A DNA stretch of 64,000 nucleotides from NCBI GenBank assembly GCA_000320545.1, contig ADNK01000140.1:1-64000 (forward strand), written 5' to 3'. Each line of letters opens with the position of its first letter. Positions within the stretch are counted from its first letter, which is position 1. Positions 41,204-52,783 of the stretch are shown here, one piece after another. Made by a program: the position numbers and the translations under genes. The notes below the pieces were generated by a model, which saw only the letters and a list, made by a program, of their open reading frames with translations, was not told the DNA's origin and searched no databases. Source of the stretch: Bigelowiella natans CCMP2755 (lineage: Eukaryota; Protista; Cercozoa).

Positions 41204-42498
41204 AAGCTCTCTTCTTGTTGTAATTGATCATTGTCAATTATTATTATCATCATGCTGCTACTACCTACCTACCTACCTACCTGCTGATAGTGTTGCTTGT
41301 CTTTGCCTTTCGTTAAACCAAGCTGGTACCTGGAAGTCCACATGAAGAAGAAGAAGAAGAAGAAGAAGAAGAAGAGAATGATAGGAGAGGTCAAAAGATC
41401 GAGTAGGAGCTTAACACAAGATGATGATGATGCTACTGATGACGATATACTTTTAAAGCAATATGGAAAAGACCGTGATGACTGCCTTGGTGGCTCTTCC
41501 TCCTAGTCGCATCTCTGCTCGCTTGGAGAGAGCTTTCACGATTTGCGCACTCACTTCTTCAGGATTCACGGTACCGTTGACCGCCGCAGGGCATTTGAGT
41601 CGTACAGGGTCATTCTGAGCAGTAATCAGAAATGTTTCTTGAAGAATATGCAGGTGTATCTCAACAGTGTACCATTTTGAAAGTGTGACAGTAAGCAGAT
41701 ATTAAAGATTGTTCACACTATTACTACTACTACTACTACTTCTTCTTCTTCTTTTTCTTCTTCAACAATTACCTCACCACCGTGCAGTTGAGAACGAAGT
41801 GATTCAACACTTGCTGAAGCACGAGCATCTTTCACATCCCTCCCAATTACTCTCTTAACGCTGCCGAAGACTGCGCCTCCGGCCCGTGAAAACTTCCCTC
41901 CTGCTCCAGCTGCAGCAGTTCTTTCTGCGGATCTCCCAACAACAATATTCTTTCCTCCTGGTAGATACGCAACCATCGAGGGAATGATGGGATCTTCGTT
42001 CGGTGATGTTGCTGGTGCTCTAGGTCCCTCAGTCCCCCCCTCCCCCGAGTAGTCGTCTCCAGGAAGCCCTGGAAGTATTCTAGGGCATTTGACGGAGGGG
42101 TCATAGTACGCAACCAGTGAGTTGGTAGTGCCCAAATCGATCCCAACAGAGAAATCGGGAGATGATGATGAACCGCGAACACCGGCAAGGGGGACATTAT
42201 CATATGAAGTACTACTACTGGTAGTAGAGCTTTGTTCTTTGCGCATTGAAGAGCCAATGCTAGTAGAATACTGACGTATTTGAAAACGAAGAACAGAGGA
42301 AATTCTGGAGAATGCCGGTGGTTCTAAAGGCTGTGTATGGAGTATGTTTGTTGCCTCCCTGGTTGGGCACCTCACAGCAAACCGCCTTACCCCCATCCCT
42401 GTAGCCTTGGAATCTCTAGATGCACCTCCAAACCCCCAAGTTACAAACAACAATGCCTGGACCAAAAGAAGAAGCCACACAATGCGCCGCATGTTCAT
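36373..42498 (-). CDS. Hsp70-family ATPase with bipartite leader; nucleotide-binding domain plus acidic tail, no substrate-binding domain seen
   Basis: Motifs in order: GIDLGTTNS, LLREPEAAALAYG, VFDLGGGTFDCSVLEV, LGGDDFD, VVLVGGATRTP, VDPDYAVALGA|SIQAAKLDG, then ~140 mostly acidic residues to the stop at 36373. The N-terminus MNMRRIVWLLLLVQALLFVTWG is followed by an Arg/Ser-rich stretch. Confidence 0.85.
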
Positions 42499-43015
42499 AA
42501 TGGGGTAAGGGGGGGAGTAGGGTACCCCACAGGGTGAGTGGTATCTATTTGGAGCACAAGTCGTAGTAGGGGACGGAATAACGCTCAGAATGCATGAATG
42601 ATCACATGTATTTGGTCAAAATAATTTACCGCATATAACCACTTTCTTCTGACTCATCATTGATTGATTGCTTAACTGGAGTTCCCTCCATTAGTTCTTC
42701 TTACTGGTACTTTCTAGTAGTTTTTAGTATATAATATAGTCTTGATTTGTTGTCATCGTATTCCTAAAATGGACAATTTTTTTTTTTTTTAGGCGTTTTT
42801 GTGGTGTTTGTTATCTTCTCTGATTTGTGGCAGAGCACAAGGTGCATCAAGATAATCACCGTGACACGTGAATTAGGATAAACAAAGGGTATTTTATTTA
42901 TCCAATGACAACAATTCGAAGTGAGTGCTCAAACAAGTCGGCTCTGAAACTCGCATCGGAAGTGGAATCGGTGGCTCCACCAATGGAATCCGTCATCCAT
43001 CCATTCATTCATTAG

Positions 43016-43139
43016 CACTTCTGAGGATGCTCTCAGCTGCACCATTGGAACTTCCACGTTCGTTCAATCATTTATTCATCTTGCTGATTGGGAAGAAGAA
43101 GAAGAAGAAGACGATGATGATGATGATGAATCGGTGTGA
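43016..43139 (+). CDS. Possible terminal exon of a small gene with an acidic C-terminus
   Basis: After an acceptor-like CATTAG (43010-43015): TSEDALSCTIGTSTFVQSFIHLADWEEEEEEDDDDDESV-stop. Upstream exons are unresolved. Confidence 0.3.
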
Positions 43140-43465
43140 AACTGCATGTGCCGCCCAATTTGGTGCCGCCTGCAGTCAAGTACTTACGTGCGCATGGACA
43201 CTGCATGTCACGCCACAACTTGCTTGCTTAATTGCAGGCGAACACTGTGTCCGCAGAAGCTAGTCACAGTGCACGCAATGCCGCGGCTGAGCTGCAATGC
43301 TGTGCAAACTCGCGAAAATCGCAATGTCAATTGGCCTGCTGACTGGCTGAGTGAACTCTGGCGGCTAGGTGCACATGTGCACTTTTCACACTATGATAGT
43401 CCAGTCATTCACTAACAACAGCTAAACTGCATGCATCCGATCGGATGCACACACGTATACACACG

Positions 43466-43499
<34 letters not shown>

Positions 43500-43690
43500 C
43501 ACAGACACACGTACACGCGTATGTCTGTGTCTAGGTGTGTGCGTCGTGCGTCGCAGCCGTGTGCACAACCACCGCAGTGCATTTTGCATAAGTATACACG
43601 CGCGAAGGAAATTCACAATGTGGAAGCTAGTATCGTTTTAAATTTGTACTTCATGAAATGCGCCGAATGGATTGCGAACATAAAACTTTG
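43140..43690. other. Palindrome-rich intergenic spacer E
   Basis: GTGCACATGTGCAC at 43369-43382, TGCATCCGATCGGATGCA at 43432-43449, and a (CA)n tract. Confidence 0.7.
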
Positions 43691-43692
43691 AG

Positions 43693-45870
43693 CTAAGACT
43701 TCGAATTCGTACGACTGATCGCCAATGCGTCTGTATAGAGGGTATACCCAACGCTAAATCCATCAATACAACTTTCCTCTAACTCCCACTTGCCTCTGAC
43801 CTGGTAGGATATATTTATGGAAGTAAGCTATGTAGTGATCAGGAAATTCAACATCGACAGTAAGCTGCGAATAACTTGTTCTCGTGCAAACAATCTGGAA
43901 TCACATTTATGCATATGGCTCCCTCTACTTTATTTACAAATAGTGTTCAGTACATTAAACACATTTTCGTCTGAGCTCTATTCTAAAAGCAATATAGGCT
44001 ATATCGAAGAGTGGGAATAAAAGGGGGAGGCAGGGAAGCTTCTCTTACGATTCCTTCCAGTTGCTTCAAGTTTATATTTTTTGGGAGGTAGCATACAACT
44101 CCGCCCTTGTGCTTTTCGCGAACAATGTTTCTCGATATATCTATGAGCTATGGATGATATTCTCAGCCAATAAGCATCACTATCGTAGGATTGATCTTTT
44201 TACCGTAGCCATTGTTGCGTTCGGCCCTGGTAGTAGAGAGTGAAAATCGAATGCTCCTTTTGATCGATACTCGGGTCCACCCCTTCATATGAATGCATGA
44301 TTTATAAACAATGATGAAGAAGAAACAAATTCCTCGTCTCATACCAAGGTGGGGAAAGGAAAACAATATCCGCTTTGAGTCTGTGATTTTTTGCCAAGTT
44401 TACAAAATCGCCTTGAATAATTGAAATTTTCTCTTCTCCTATGCCATAAATTCGAGCATTGTGGCGAAGCAGCTTGAGGCGATCATAAGATATGTCGATA
44501 GCTGTGACTGCAAATAAGCCATTTGATAAGATTTTCAAGTTGAAAACATTATGCATTGCATCTACCATTCGCTCCTTCATTTGCAAATGCAATTGCGTTC
44601 CCTCCGCAGCCGGCAAATGCATCTAGTATTTTTCCCGTCCTGCATCGCCTTTACATAACAACGAATGGATTACTCCTTCTTCTTCTTCTTTTTCTTCTTC
44701 CTCGTTTTCTTCTTCAACATGAGAAAGAGACAATCGAGTGCCATACCGTGCTTGGTGTTTCGCAAGTATTTCTGGGGTCACCGACCAGAAGCCTTCTTCG
44801 TCGAGTAAAATCTGTGGAAGAGAAAAAGAAACCTTATTTTGAAACTATTTTTTGCTGAACAGAAAGCATACGGAAATGAAAAAGTGTTCTCTAACCCCTT
44901 CATCGAAGCGTGAAAAGAGTTTGTATCGGCGATTCCAGTACTTTTGAATTTTACTAAGGACACAACATTGGGAACTGATGAGTTTAACAATAAATACTAA
45001 GTGGATAACATTGAGATCAGATAATGTACCTGCCCCTTTCTTTCTGTCTATCATTGCATCGTTGCTGTTGAGAGCAACCGCTGCCAATCATTATTGTAGG
45101 TGTTTGTGAATGGTGGGCAGTGGAGGTGGTGGGGAGCGCAACACGATGATAAGTCAGCCACAACCAGAGAGCGAACAACACCACCGGCCACATCCCCATA
45201 GCCATGATTTTGCAAGGAGAAATGCGGACAGAACCAGCTTCTCTTATCCTAGAGGTACAGTTTGGGAAACCATTCCGTGTTTTACAAGCGGTCACAATCC
45301 AACGAGTTCGCGACCGACGCCGCTTCTCTCGTTATTAAGTGCTGTCCCATTGAAATGTCCTCAAGTGTCTGAGATGTTGACAGGTTGCCTGTAGATCTAG
45401 ATGCATCCTCTCATTGATATATTACCGATAAAAGTCGACCAGGTGCTGGTGTTTGGCCGTTGTTTCATGTGTTCTTGCAACTGTGAATGTTATTTTCTGG
45501 AATTTCGGTCAATTAATAAGATCATGAGATCCTCGAGATTCATCAGAGACCTCGAGAAAGGTCCATCTATTTGACGCTCGTTGAACGCTTCACACTCCAC
45601 GAGAATGAATACCGGTAAAATTTGAAGAGAAAATGAAATCTGATGCATTTTATATTGTTCGTAGCCTTTTTGGGTTGTCGTTATACGAAATGGGGTCTAT
45701 TACTTTGTCAGGAGAATTTAAATCATAATAATCTCCACATATTTCGCCGTTCGGGAAGAAGTCGGAAAATACTAAGAACAACTCCGATCTTCCGGTCTCG
45801 GGAAGAAAGAAGAAAGGGACTTCCAAAATATCCAAAGAAATGTTGTCGTTGAGATAAAACAGCATCATTC
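43693..45870 (-). CDS. TGS1: Trimethylguanosine synthase (RNA cap hypermethylase)
   Basis: Exons give KIQKYWNRRYKLFSRFDEG, LLDEEGFWSVTPEILAKHQAR, KILDAFAGCGGNAIAFA, VTAIDISYDRLKLLRHNARIYG...GDF...KADIVFLSPPW|GGPEY and VCYLPKNINLKQL. Stop at 43693-43695. The N-terminal boundary is approximate. Confidence 0.92.
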
Positions 45871-45995
45871 AGCTAGGATTAATTACACGTTCATAACACT
45901 TCGTGACCTGCGGTACGATGGATCCTAGCTGGTGTCAGGACGTGCATAACATACGTTAAAGGGAAGGATTAAAGTCGCAGCACTTGTGAGCCTAG

Positions 45996-47821
45996 ATGAA
46001 AATCTTCGATCATTCTCACACAATGGCAGCGACGATGTTGCTAAGTGTGACCGCTGTCCAAGCGTGGACAACTAACTCGACGAAGAAGCGTCGATTAATC
46101 CTTGGAGCTTTTCTGTTGCTCATTCTATTGGTACAAAGCACAATTTAAACACATCAATCTCACCATATGATTTTCAGCTTTATGGAGGGGCAGATCAATT
46201 TAGTTCATATATTTACACAAGATTTTATGTTTTTACAAAGATTGTATCCGAGACTAATTTCGGCAGCAGAGCAAACTGTAAAGTAGCTGTGCTATCACGA
46301 GCCTTAACTTTGATTACTTTTGCTTGGATTTCCACCTATATCGCTGGTCTTCTTATCGGTCTGTGGAAAAATTGTCGTTATTTTTCTTCCAGTCGCAGTT
46401 CATTAATTATCTCATTTTTTCTCGAATTCCATTTTCAGTTTCGGTTCGCCGTGTTGCTCAGCTCTTCGAAGAGAGACAAACAACTGTCTCAAGCAAATGC
46501 ATCAAGATTTTTCGTGCAGGGACTACATCCTGCGTTTTACTAAGCTATTCAATGGTTTTCTTCAGAGGTTCGTTGGTATTTTAAGTATCCATCGTTATTA
46601 CTTCTCACTCTTTGTCACTTGTTCTTGTTCAGACGAAGCATCGAATGCTTTGATAGCCAAGCTTTCAGTTACATTGTTGATGATGGCACTTTTCTACCTC
46701 TTTCTAAAGAGCATATGGAGGCTTTTAGAACTATCCACTCGGATATCAGCACATGTTGAGAAAACTATTGTTCCAGACTATTCTTTAGGTACCCAGCACT
46801 CAGCTGTAGATTCGCACCACTTTTCGCAGTAATCTTTGTAGATATAGATGGGATACGGCTACTGGTACTACTTGTGATACTGTAAAAGAGATCTCTAGAC
46901 TGTCATAATTTTCAGGCTGTGAAAGTATCTGAGGGAATATCAATAAAGTTCAATGTATCTCATTGATTTTTGCTCACCACAATTAGGCGTCGATGCCGTC
47001 AAGGGCATACGAAAGACATACATAACGAAGAGCGAAAGGGCCATTTACTCATTACAGAAGCAGCTTATTGTAGGCGCTTGTCTTGGTAAAAGCCTACCAC
47101 CTAAATTTTTAAGACCTAATACGTCTAAGATTAATCGTTGTAGGGCAGTTTCATTGATGCTGAATTTCACCTCACACTCTCACCTCACAATAACTATATG
47201 CTACACGCTAACACGGATAAAATAACAGCTCTTATATCGATCATGCGAAGTTTCTATGCTGTGACCGAATCTGTGGAACGTCTAATGCATGGAGTTCAAA
47301 GAAACGGGTGGTGCTCTAAAGAACTCGAGCACAATGAGCTCTTTCACTCTCTACAGCTCTATGTGCCTTTGTTTCTGCTGTGGTATACGTGGACGATGCC
47401 ATTTCATTCTGCACTGGAAATATGCTATACGAAAACAAAGCGTCGGAGAATAATTTCGATTGGTAAATTTAGATCGATAGAAGGAATTGAGGGAAATAAG
47501 AAAATGGAACCAGCGAGACCAGCGGATAAGAGCGATGACTTAAACAGAGAGCATGGAACACATTTTTTTTCGCCTGTCATGTCTGTCCCATGTGGAACTT
47601 CTACGATGCGACAACGAACAGTTTGTGAAAATGTCCAGCAGCGACACACTCCCTGTCAAAACATCCATTTCCATCACCATCGGCTGCAAACCCTGACAAG
47701 AAGGGTGATGAACAGCATTCCCGAGGAAGAAGATGAATTAAAGGAGGAGAAAGAGTTAATGGAAAACAGTAATCTACATTATGCAGCCAACAAAACCCCA
47801 ATTTTCGTTGGCAGATGTTGA
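45996..47821 (+). CDS. Multi-exon multi-pass membrane protein of unknown function (GPCR-like topology possible)
   Basis: Several hydrophobic exon segments (46030-46140, 46289-46400, 46630-46740, 47330-47410) and a long hydrophilic last exon ending at 47821. Confidence 0.55.
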
Positions 47822-47999
47822 AAAACCATTGTGTTGCATCCAGAGCCATGAATGTAGGCTCATTCATATCGTTTGTTGAAATTGAACGTTGAAAAATGTA
47901 CTCATTGCACACACAAGAGATTGATAAGGACAGTGCTCGTCTCAAACGGGATCCAGGAGTTCGATCATTCCAACAGTGTCGCTCCTTGTAGCGTGTCCT

Positions 48000-49320
48000 G
48001 AACAAGTACACACTCGTCGTGACCTGTTTTCCTGCTGTTTAATCAAGCGCTAGCGTAGCGCAATTCATCGCAATCAATCTGCACATGTTTCGAAATTTTC
48101 CACTCGATCATGATCAAGAATCGAAGATTTTGTTTTGTTTGACGATGTACATGCAGTGCTCTAGTGCTGATGTGCTTCTAGTGTGTCCATTGTGGTGGGA
48201 TCTCATGCGTGCGTGCACCAGAATTGCCATGAGATCGAATCGAAGTCCACAGCGGTGGCTCAGCTTGCATGCATTTCAACGGGCACACGCTTGACGTTAG
48301 ACACGACTGATCATCATTGATTCATCACTAGATCAGCGATCAGAACACACATTGTCTCCATGCATGCGTGCAATTCAGATTGACTGACGTCAGATGAACA
48401 CTGCGTGCGAGACAGGACAGTGGGGGAGGACTGAAAGATGACAAGTGAGACCACAATGTTGACTAGTCATTGGCAACTAGGCAGGTCTCTAGGTCTAGCT
48501 AGCTAGAGGTCACAACGTCACAACTGGACAAGTTGAGTGCTCATCGCCTGTCATTTTTGAACCACTGCCGCGCCAGCGCGGAGCGTGGCACACTTGTCAT
48601 TTCGCCAAAAATCGGGTTCGTGTTTGTGTGGCACAAACTCACCTAGTCACATTGAGGCACATCCATCTAGCCATGCTGAGGTGCAGGTGTGCACACTCGC
48701 ATGAGTGATGAATGAATGAATGAAGCGCTTCAACAGAAGCTGTTGATGTGAGCTGTTGATGTGAGGCACGCTCCCAGTTTCCAGCTCCATTTTCCAGGTT
48801 TGTCCTGACTCTCAATGAAACAATGAAACAATGATGAAAAACTACATTTCCAAAGTGTTGCAAGACACTTGCAGCGTGCAAAATGCAGTGCCTCGAACTG
48901 GTTTCAGTGAGGACTGTGACTTGCAAATCAACTAGCTGGTTTGCCAAAATGGCATGACTTGGTCATTGAGAAGCAATGACATTGGCAGCAAAATTCTGAC
49001 GGCGCAAGACCTCGACTCTGAGCAAAAACTTCCTGAAGGCCATGTCCACATGACGATCTACGATTGGATCATCTGAGGGGGCCCCCAGCAGGATTTTGGT
49101 TTCTCTCGATGCTCATTTTCACACAATTTTGCAAGCTTGGTCTCACTCCGAAGAACTCCGCTCCTTCATTGTCGCTGTGTTCAACTTGGCATGCACACCG
49201 AAAGAAACCTCTGAAACGAACACCGAAACGGCATCATGTAATGGATTCCTCATGAATGCAGGCTGAAACATCTTCTCAGGGATCAATGTCGCATGTTTTC
49301 TTTGGAAATGGCTCACATGA
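48000..49320. other. Palindrome-rich spacer F including a probable decayed element (~48600-49320)
   Basis: TCTAGCTAGCTAGA at 48494-48507 and TG/CA-rich sequence. Reading frames are broken mainly by TGA stops. Confidence 0.5.
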
Positions 49321-49699
49321 TCAAGATTATTCAGATTTTAAATGTTGGAATATGATTTTATATAAATAAGAACACAACGCATTTAACTCAATTTATCCTT
49401 AAATATGGCTAAAATGAATGTAGATTTTCATTTGATGGATTCGCTTCAGACGATACTTTGCTGAATAACACAAGCGTAACTTGCACACTGAAGTCATGAC
49501 AACACAATGTATGAATCGAAACGGATATAATTTTTAATGAGCGACAACGAAATGATGATCTCTTAACAATAATTTGCCGATTTTAAAATTGCGGCATTTG
49601 CACAAAATTGAGCTACTTGCGTGTCCAGCCTCCATAGCTAGCTCCATTAGCACGGCGGGTATCAAAGAGGGTTTCTCAATCAGGATACCTGTTCGAAAC

Positions 49700-51736
49700 A
49701 TGGCTCTCTTATTCTTTCTAGCCTTCTTGCAAGTATCATGGGGTCTTCAATCACGGAGTACTTCTGCAACCCTGGATTCCATAGCAAGCAACAAAACATC
49801 AACCCCTAAGATGTTAACTTTAAATTACCCAGCAAAATGCGTTATTCCAGATTTTCCAGTTCCATCACTTCAGGAAAGATCTGATAGAAACGTTTGCAAG
49901 CATTCCTTCTCTTTTGTCGGGGAAGCAAATTTTTACGAAGACCGACAAACAATAGACATGATTAAACAATATAGGAGAAAAACTGTTCTATTCAAGGGTG
50001 GGACGACTCACATTGTCATCAGCTCCCTAACATTCTCAGCTGCTATGATCCTTATTGGGCTTATCATGTACAAGGCATATGAAGCCGTGAAAATGAACAA
50101 GCGTCAAAAGTTATACCGTGCGATGGACGCAATGATGATCATCTGGTGTGGCGTATTTGGAATCAGCATGGCTGTTATACTCCTCGCGATCTACCGTGGA
50201 CAGGGCCTTAATGCTGTGGTTGAAGGATACAACTATTTAGAGTTTATTAGGACAAATAAGGGGAAGTTCAAGTATGACCCGGAACTCTTCATTCCTGCTG
50301 TTGTCGTTGCAGCAGTGATGGTGGTTGCTATTGCCATAACGCTCACTCTCAAGAAAATGCGAGAAAACCGATACCTGTCCGTAGTGGAAAAGGATCCTAA
50401 CACCGTAACTACGGATTCTACTTCAGGAGGCCGTCGTTATGAGCTCGACTATATGAAATACTACCAGATTCTCGGTATTGTATGCCTGGCACACTTTTGG
50501 CAGTATGGAGAAACTGGCAGAGCAGGAATGGATATTTCACCTATGTTCTGTGGGATGGATGTTTTTGCTTGGACCCATTGGCTTATAGGTTTTGTCATCA
50601 TCTCAGGATACAATGCTCCAGTACGCTATTCTGACCTCATCTCACGTAGGACAAAGCGTATTTTCAAAGTTCTATTCATGTATCTGTGGTGTCAATTTCT
50701 CTATCTTATGTACTATTACTACGTGTTTACTCCAATCGTTCTGGCGAGACACAAGGGTTCACGAGCAACTGCAGAGGATATTATACAAGGAAACAATGAT
50801 TTCGCAATTGATCATGATCACAACAATCAGTCGTACCTCGAACTCACTCTAAACGGCACTTCGTTCTTCTTACATTGGTTGGGCAAACCAGCGTACGTGC
50901 TCTGGTACCTTCGATCACTTTTTGCGTGGCTTCTGGTGATTCCAATGTGGCTCCAACTCGCTTATCCGATTACCCTCTCGTTCTTCGTGGGACTTGTCGG
51001 AATGTATTTCCAGCCGAATGTATCGATTGTTCCCCTAGACTATGGACTAACATTGGAAATGTTCCCATACTTTGTGATTGGAGCATCTGTCAAGTACTAT
51101 GGTTGGGACAAATGGTTGTTTGATTTCGCAAAGGACCGTCTTACTCAATATGCCAGCGCAGCAATGATACTTATTACATTCTCTTTCGCCTTCGTGTGCC
51201 CCTTCTATGTTAATGGAGAGTGGCATATTTTTTACCCCTCGTTTGGAGCTATGAAGGACAAGGCTTATGATGGTCAATGGTGGTATTCTATTGGTGTGGG
51301 CAGTTTAATGTTGACTAACTGCGCAATGGTGTTCTCCTGTTTCTCCGTTGCTCCTACATTTCCTTCATACTTTACCAAGGCTGCAAGTTTCTCCCTGGTA
51401 CCCTACATGCTCCATTACATGGTGGTTCTCCTCCTCGTTGCTTTTGGTTTCTACGGAGAGGGGTTCTCATATCGCTTCGACGATGGCAAGTGGTGGGCAA
51501 CAAATTTTATTGGATTCGGAACAGCAATGGTACTAATGCATCCTCCGATTGGTTCTAAATTCATGTATGTGATCAATCCACCTTTCATTGATTGGCTCTT
51601 CCCTGGTTCGAAAAAGAGTGAGATTGATTCCTTAAAAGATGGATTGGGAAAGGGGAAATATTTGAGTAAAAAAACTATCAATAGTAGTTCACGAATCGAA
51701 AGGGAGGGTCTTCTCGATGCTAAGCATAAAAACTAA
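49700..51736 (+). CDS. Intronless acyltransferase-3 (OafA/YkrP-like) membrane O-acyltransferase with signal peptide and N-terminal extension
   Basis: Signal peptide MALLFFLAFLQVSWG from the ATG at 49700. AT3 motifs RRYELDYMK...LAHFW, GFVIISGY and LWYLRSLFAW, with about 10 TM helices in the domain. The ORF track starts earlier, at 49574 (TTG). Confidence 0.78.
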   Translation: MALLFFLAFLQVSWGLQSRSTSATLDSIASNKTSTPKMLTLNYPAKCVIPDFPVPSLQERSDRNVCKHSFSFVGEANFYEDRQTIDMIKQYRRKTVLFKGGTTHIVISSLTFSAAMILIGLIMYKAYEAVKMNKRQKLYRAMDAMMIIWCGVFGISMAVILLAIYRGQGLNAVVEGYNYLEFIRTNKGKFKYDPELFIPAVVVAAVMVVAIAITLTLKKMRENRYLSVVEKDPNTVTTDSTSGGRRYELDYMKYYQILGIVCLAHFWQYGETGRAGMDISPMFCGMDVFAWTHWLIGFVIISGYNAPVRYSDLISRRTKRIFKVLFMYLWCQFLYLMYYYYVFTPIVLARHKGSRATAEDIIQGNNDFAIDHDHNNQSYLELTLNGTSFFLHWLGKPAYVLWYLRSLFAWLLVIPMWLQLAYPITLSFFVGLVGMYFQPNVSIVPLDYGLTLEMFPYFVIGASVKYYGWDKWLFDFAKDRLTQYASAAMILITFSFAFVCPFYVNGEWHIFYPSFGAMKDKAYDGQWWYSIGVGSLMLTNCAMVFSCFSVAPTFPSYFTKAASFSLVPYMLHYMVVLLLVAFGFYGEGFSYRFDDGKWWATNFIGFGTAMVLMHPPIGSKFMYVINPPFIDWLFPGSKKSEIDSLKDGLGKGKYLSKKTINSSSRIEREGLLDAKHKN

Positions 51737-52289
51737 TGCAACATACTGTGGCTGTGTTTCGCATTGGACCTCCTAGTGTGCTACCATGGCACTTCTAGTT
51801 GGAACATCAATATGACTTAATGATTCACGCACGGTCTTTCGTGCCCATATATTGTACTGCCAGTTATTAAATTATATGTGGAAAACAAACAAACTACTGA
51901 GCTGTGACATCCACGCGTTGCGAAACGCAGGTTTTGTGCACGCGAGCCACACAGTTTACACAGCATTGTCGCACGTGTGTCATGTACAGTGTGTACCATG
52001 TCTACTGCATTTCAACCAATTAAACTTGCCAAAAAATGTCACACGGATGGGTGCGGTATGTGCGAGAATGGAATGCGTGCGGCGACGGTGCATAATATAT
52101 GCATTCTAGCATATTGCGTATACGTTCTGGTCATTGCACGGCACATGTTCACAAGCCATGTTGCTCCACCATGTCTGCATGTTTTCTTGGCGAGCGCTCA
52201 TAATAACTGTAAGAGCGAACCTCTTCAACTGCTAACGTAACGAAACAGGTTTTATCGCAGCACATGGGCGGATTCCAAGCAGTACGCGA

Positions 52290-52620
52290 AGCTGTAGTAG
52301 AAACAAACAGATGTAATTGTGCAACCTTGGAACTTTTTTGCTGTCCAGAGGACAACACACAAAATTGGAAGCAATGTGTGACACATGCAACACATTGCAA
52401 GACATGGACCACATTCTGCAATGCAAGAAATGCGGACCACAGAGACTCAGACTCAACAAACAACTGACGGCCATCATGAATCGCAACGATGAGACTGCGC
52501 GTCTCACAACTGCAGAAAAAACAAGTCGCAAAGCTGCGCGCGATGCGCGACATGCTGGACCAAATCATGATGCATTTTCATGCATGCAACACGTGACCAA
52601 GGAAACAAACAGATGCAACA
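52290..52620 (+). mobile_element. Possible decayed 3' end of a non-LTR retrotransposon (CCHC zinc motif)
   Basis: Frame from 52317 reads ...CNLGTFLLSRGQHTKLEAMCDTCNTLQDMDHILQCKKCGPQRLRL, i.e. C-x2-C-x7-H-x3-C (52377-52424), resembling the motif downstream of LINE reverse transcriptases. No RT domain is visible. Confidence 0.42.
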
Positions 52621-52783
52621 TGAGCGCTGTAGCCGCTGCATTGCACAGCTACATCAGGATGACCATTGAAAAAAATTGAACACTTCATCACATCCGTCTC
52701 ACATGAGCGCTGTAGCCGCTACATTGCACAGCTACATTGGGATGACCATTTAAAAAATTCAAACATTTCATTGCATCCGTCTC
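52618..52783 (+). repeat. 83-bp diverged tandem duplication with reciprocal CA/TG differences
   Basis: Copies at 52618-52700 and 52701-52783 differ at 10 positions, 6 of them in three CA/TG swaps. Confidence 0.92.

Noticed and set aside
48639-49319. TGA reassigned to an amino acid (variant genetic code) or selenocysteine
   Set aside because: Well-supported genes here end at TGA (4467, 23499), conserved Trp positions use TGG, and TG/CA enrichment explains the stops.
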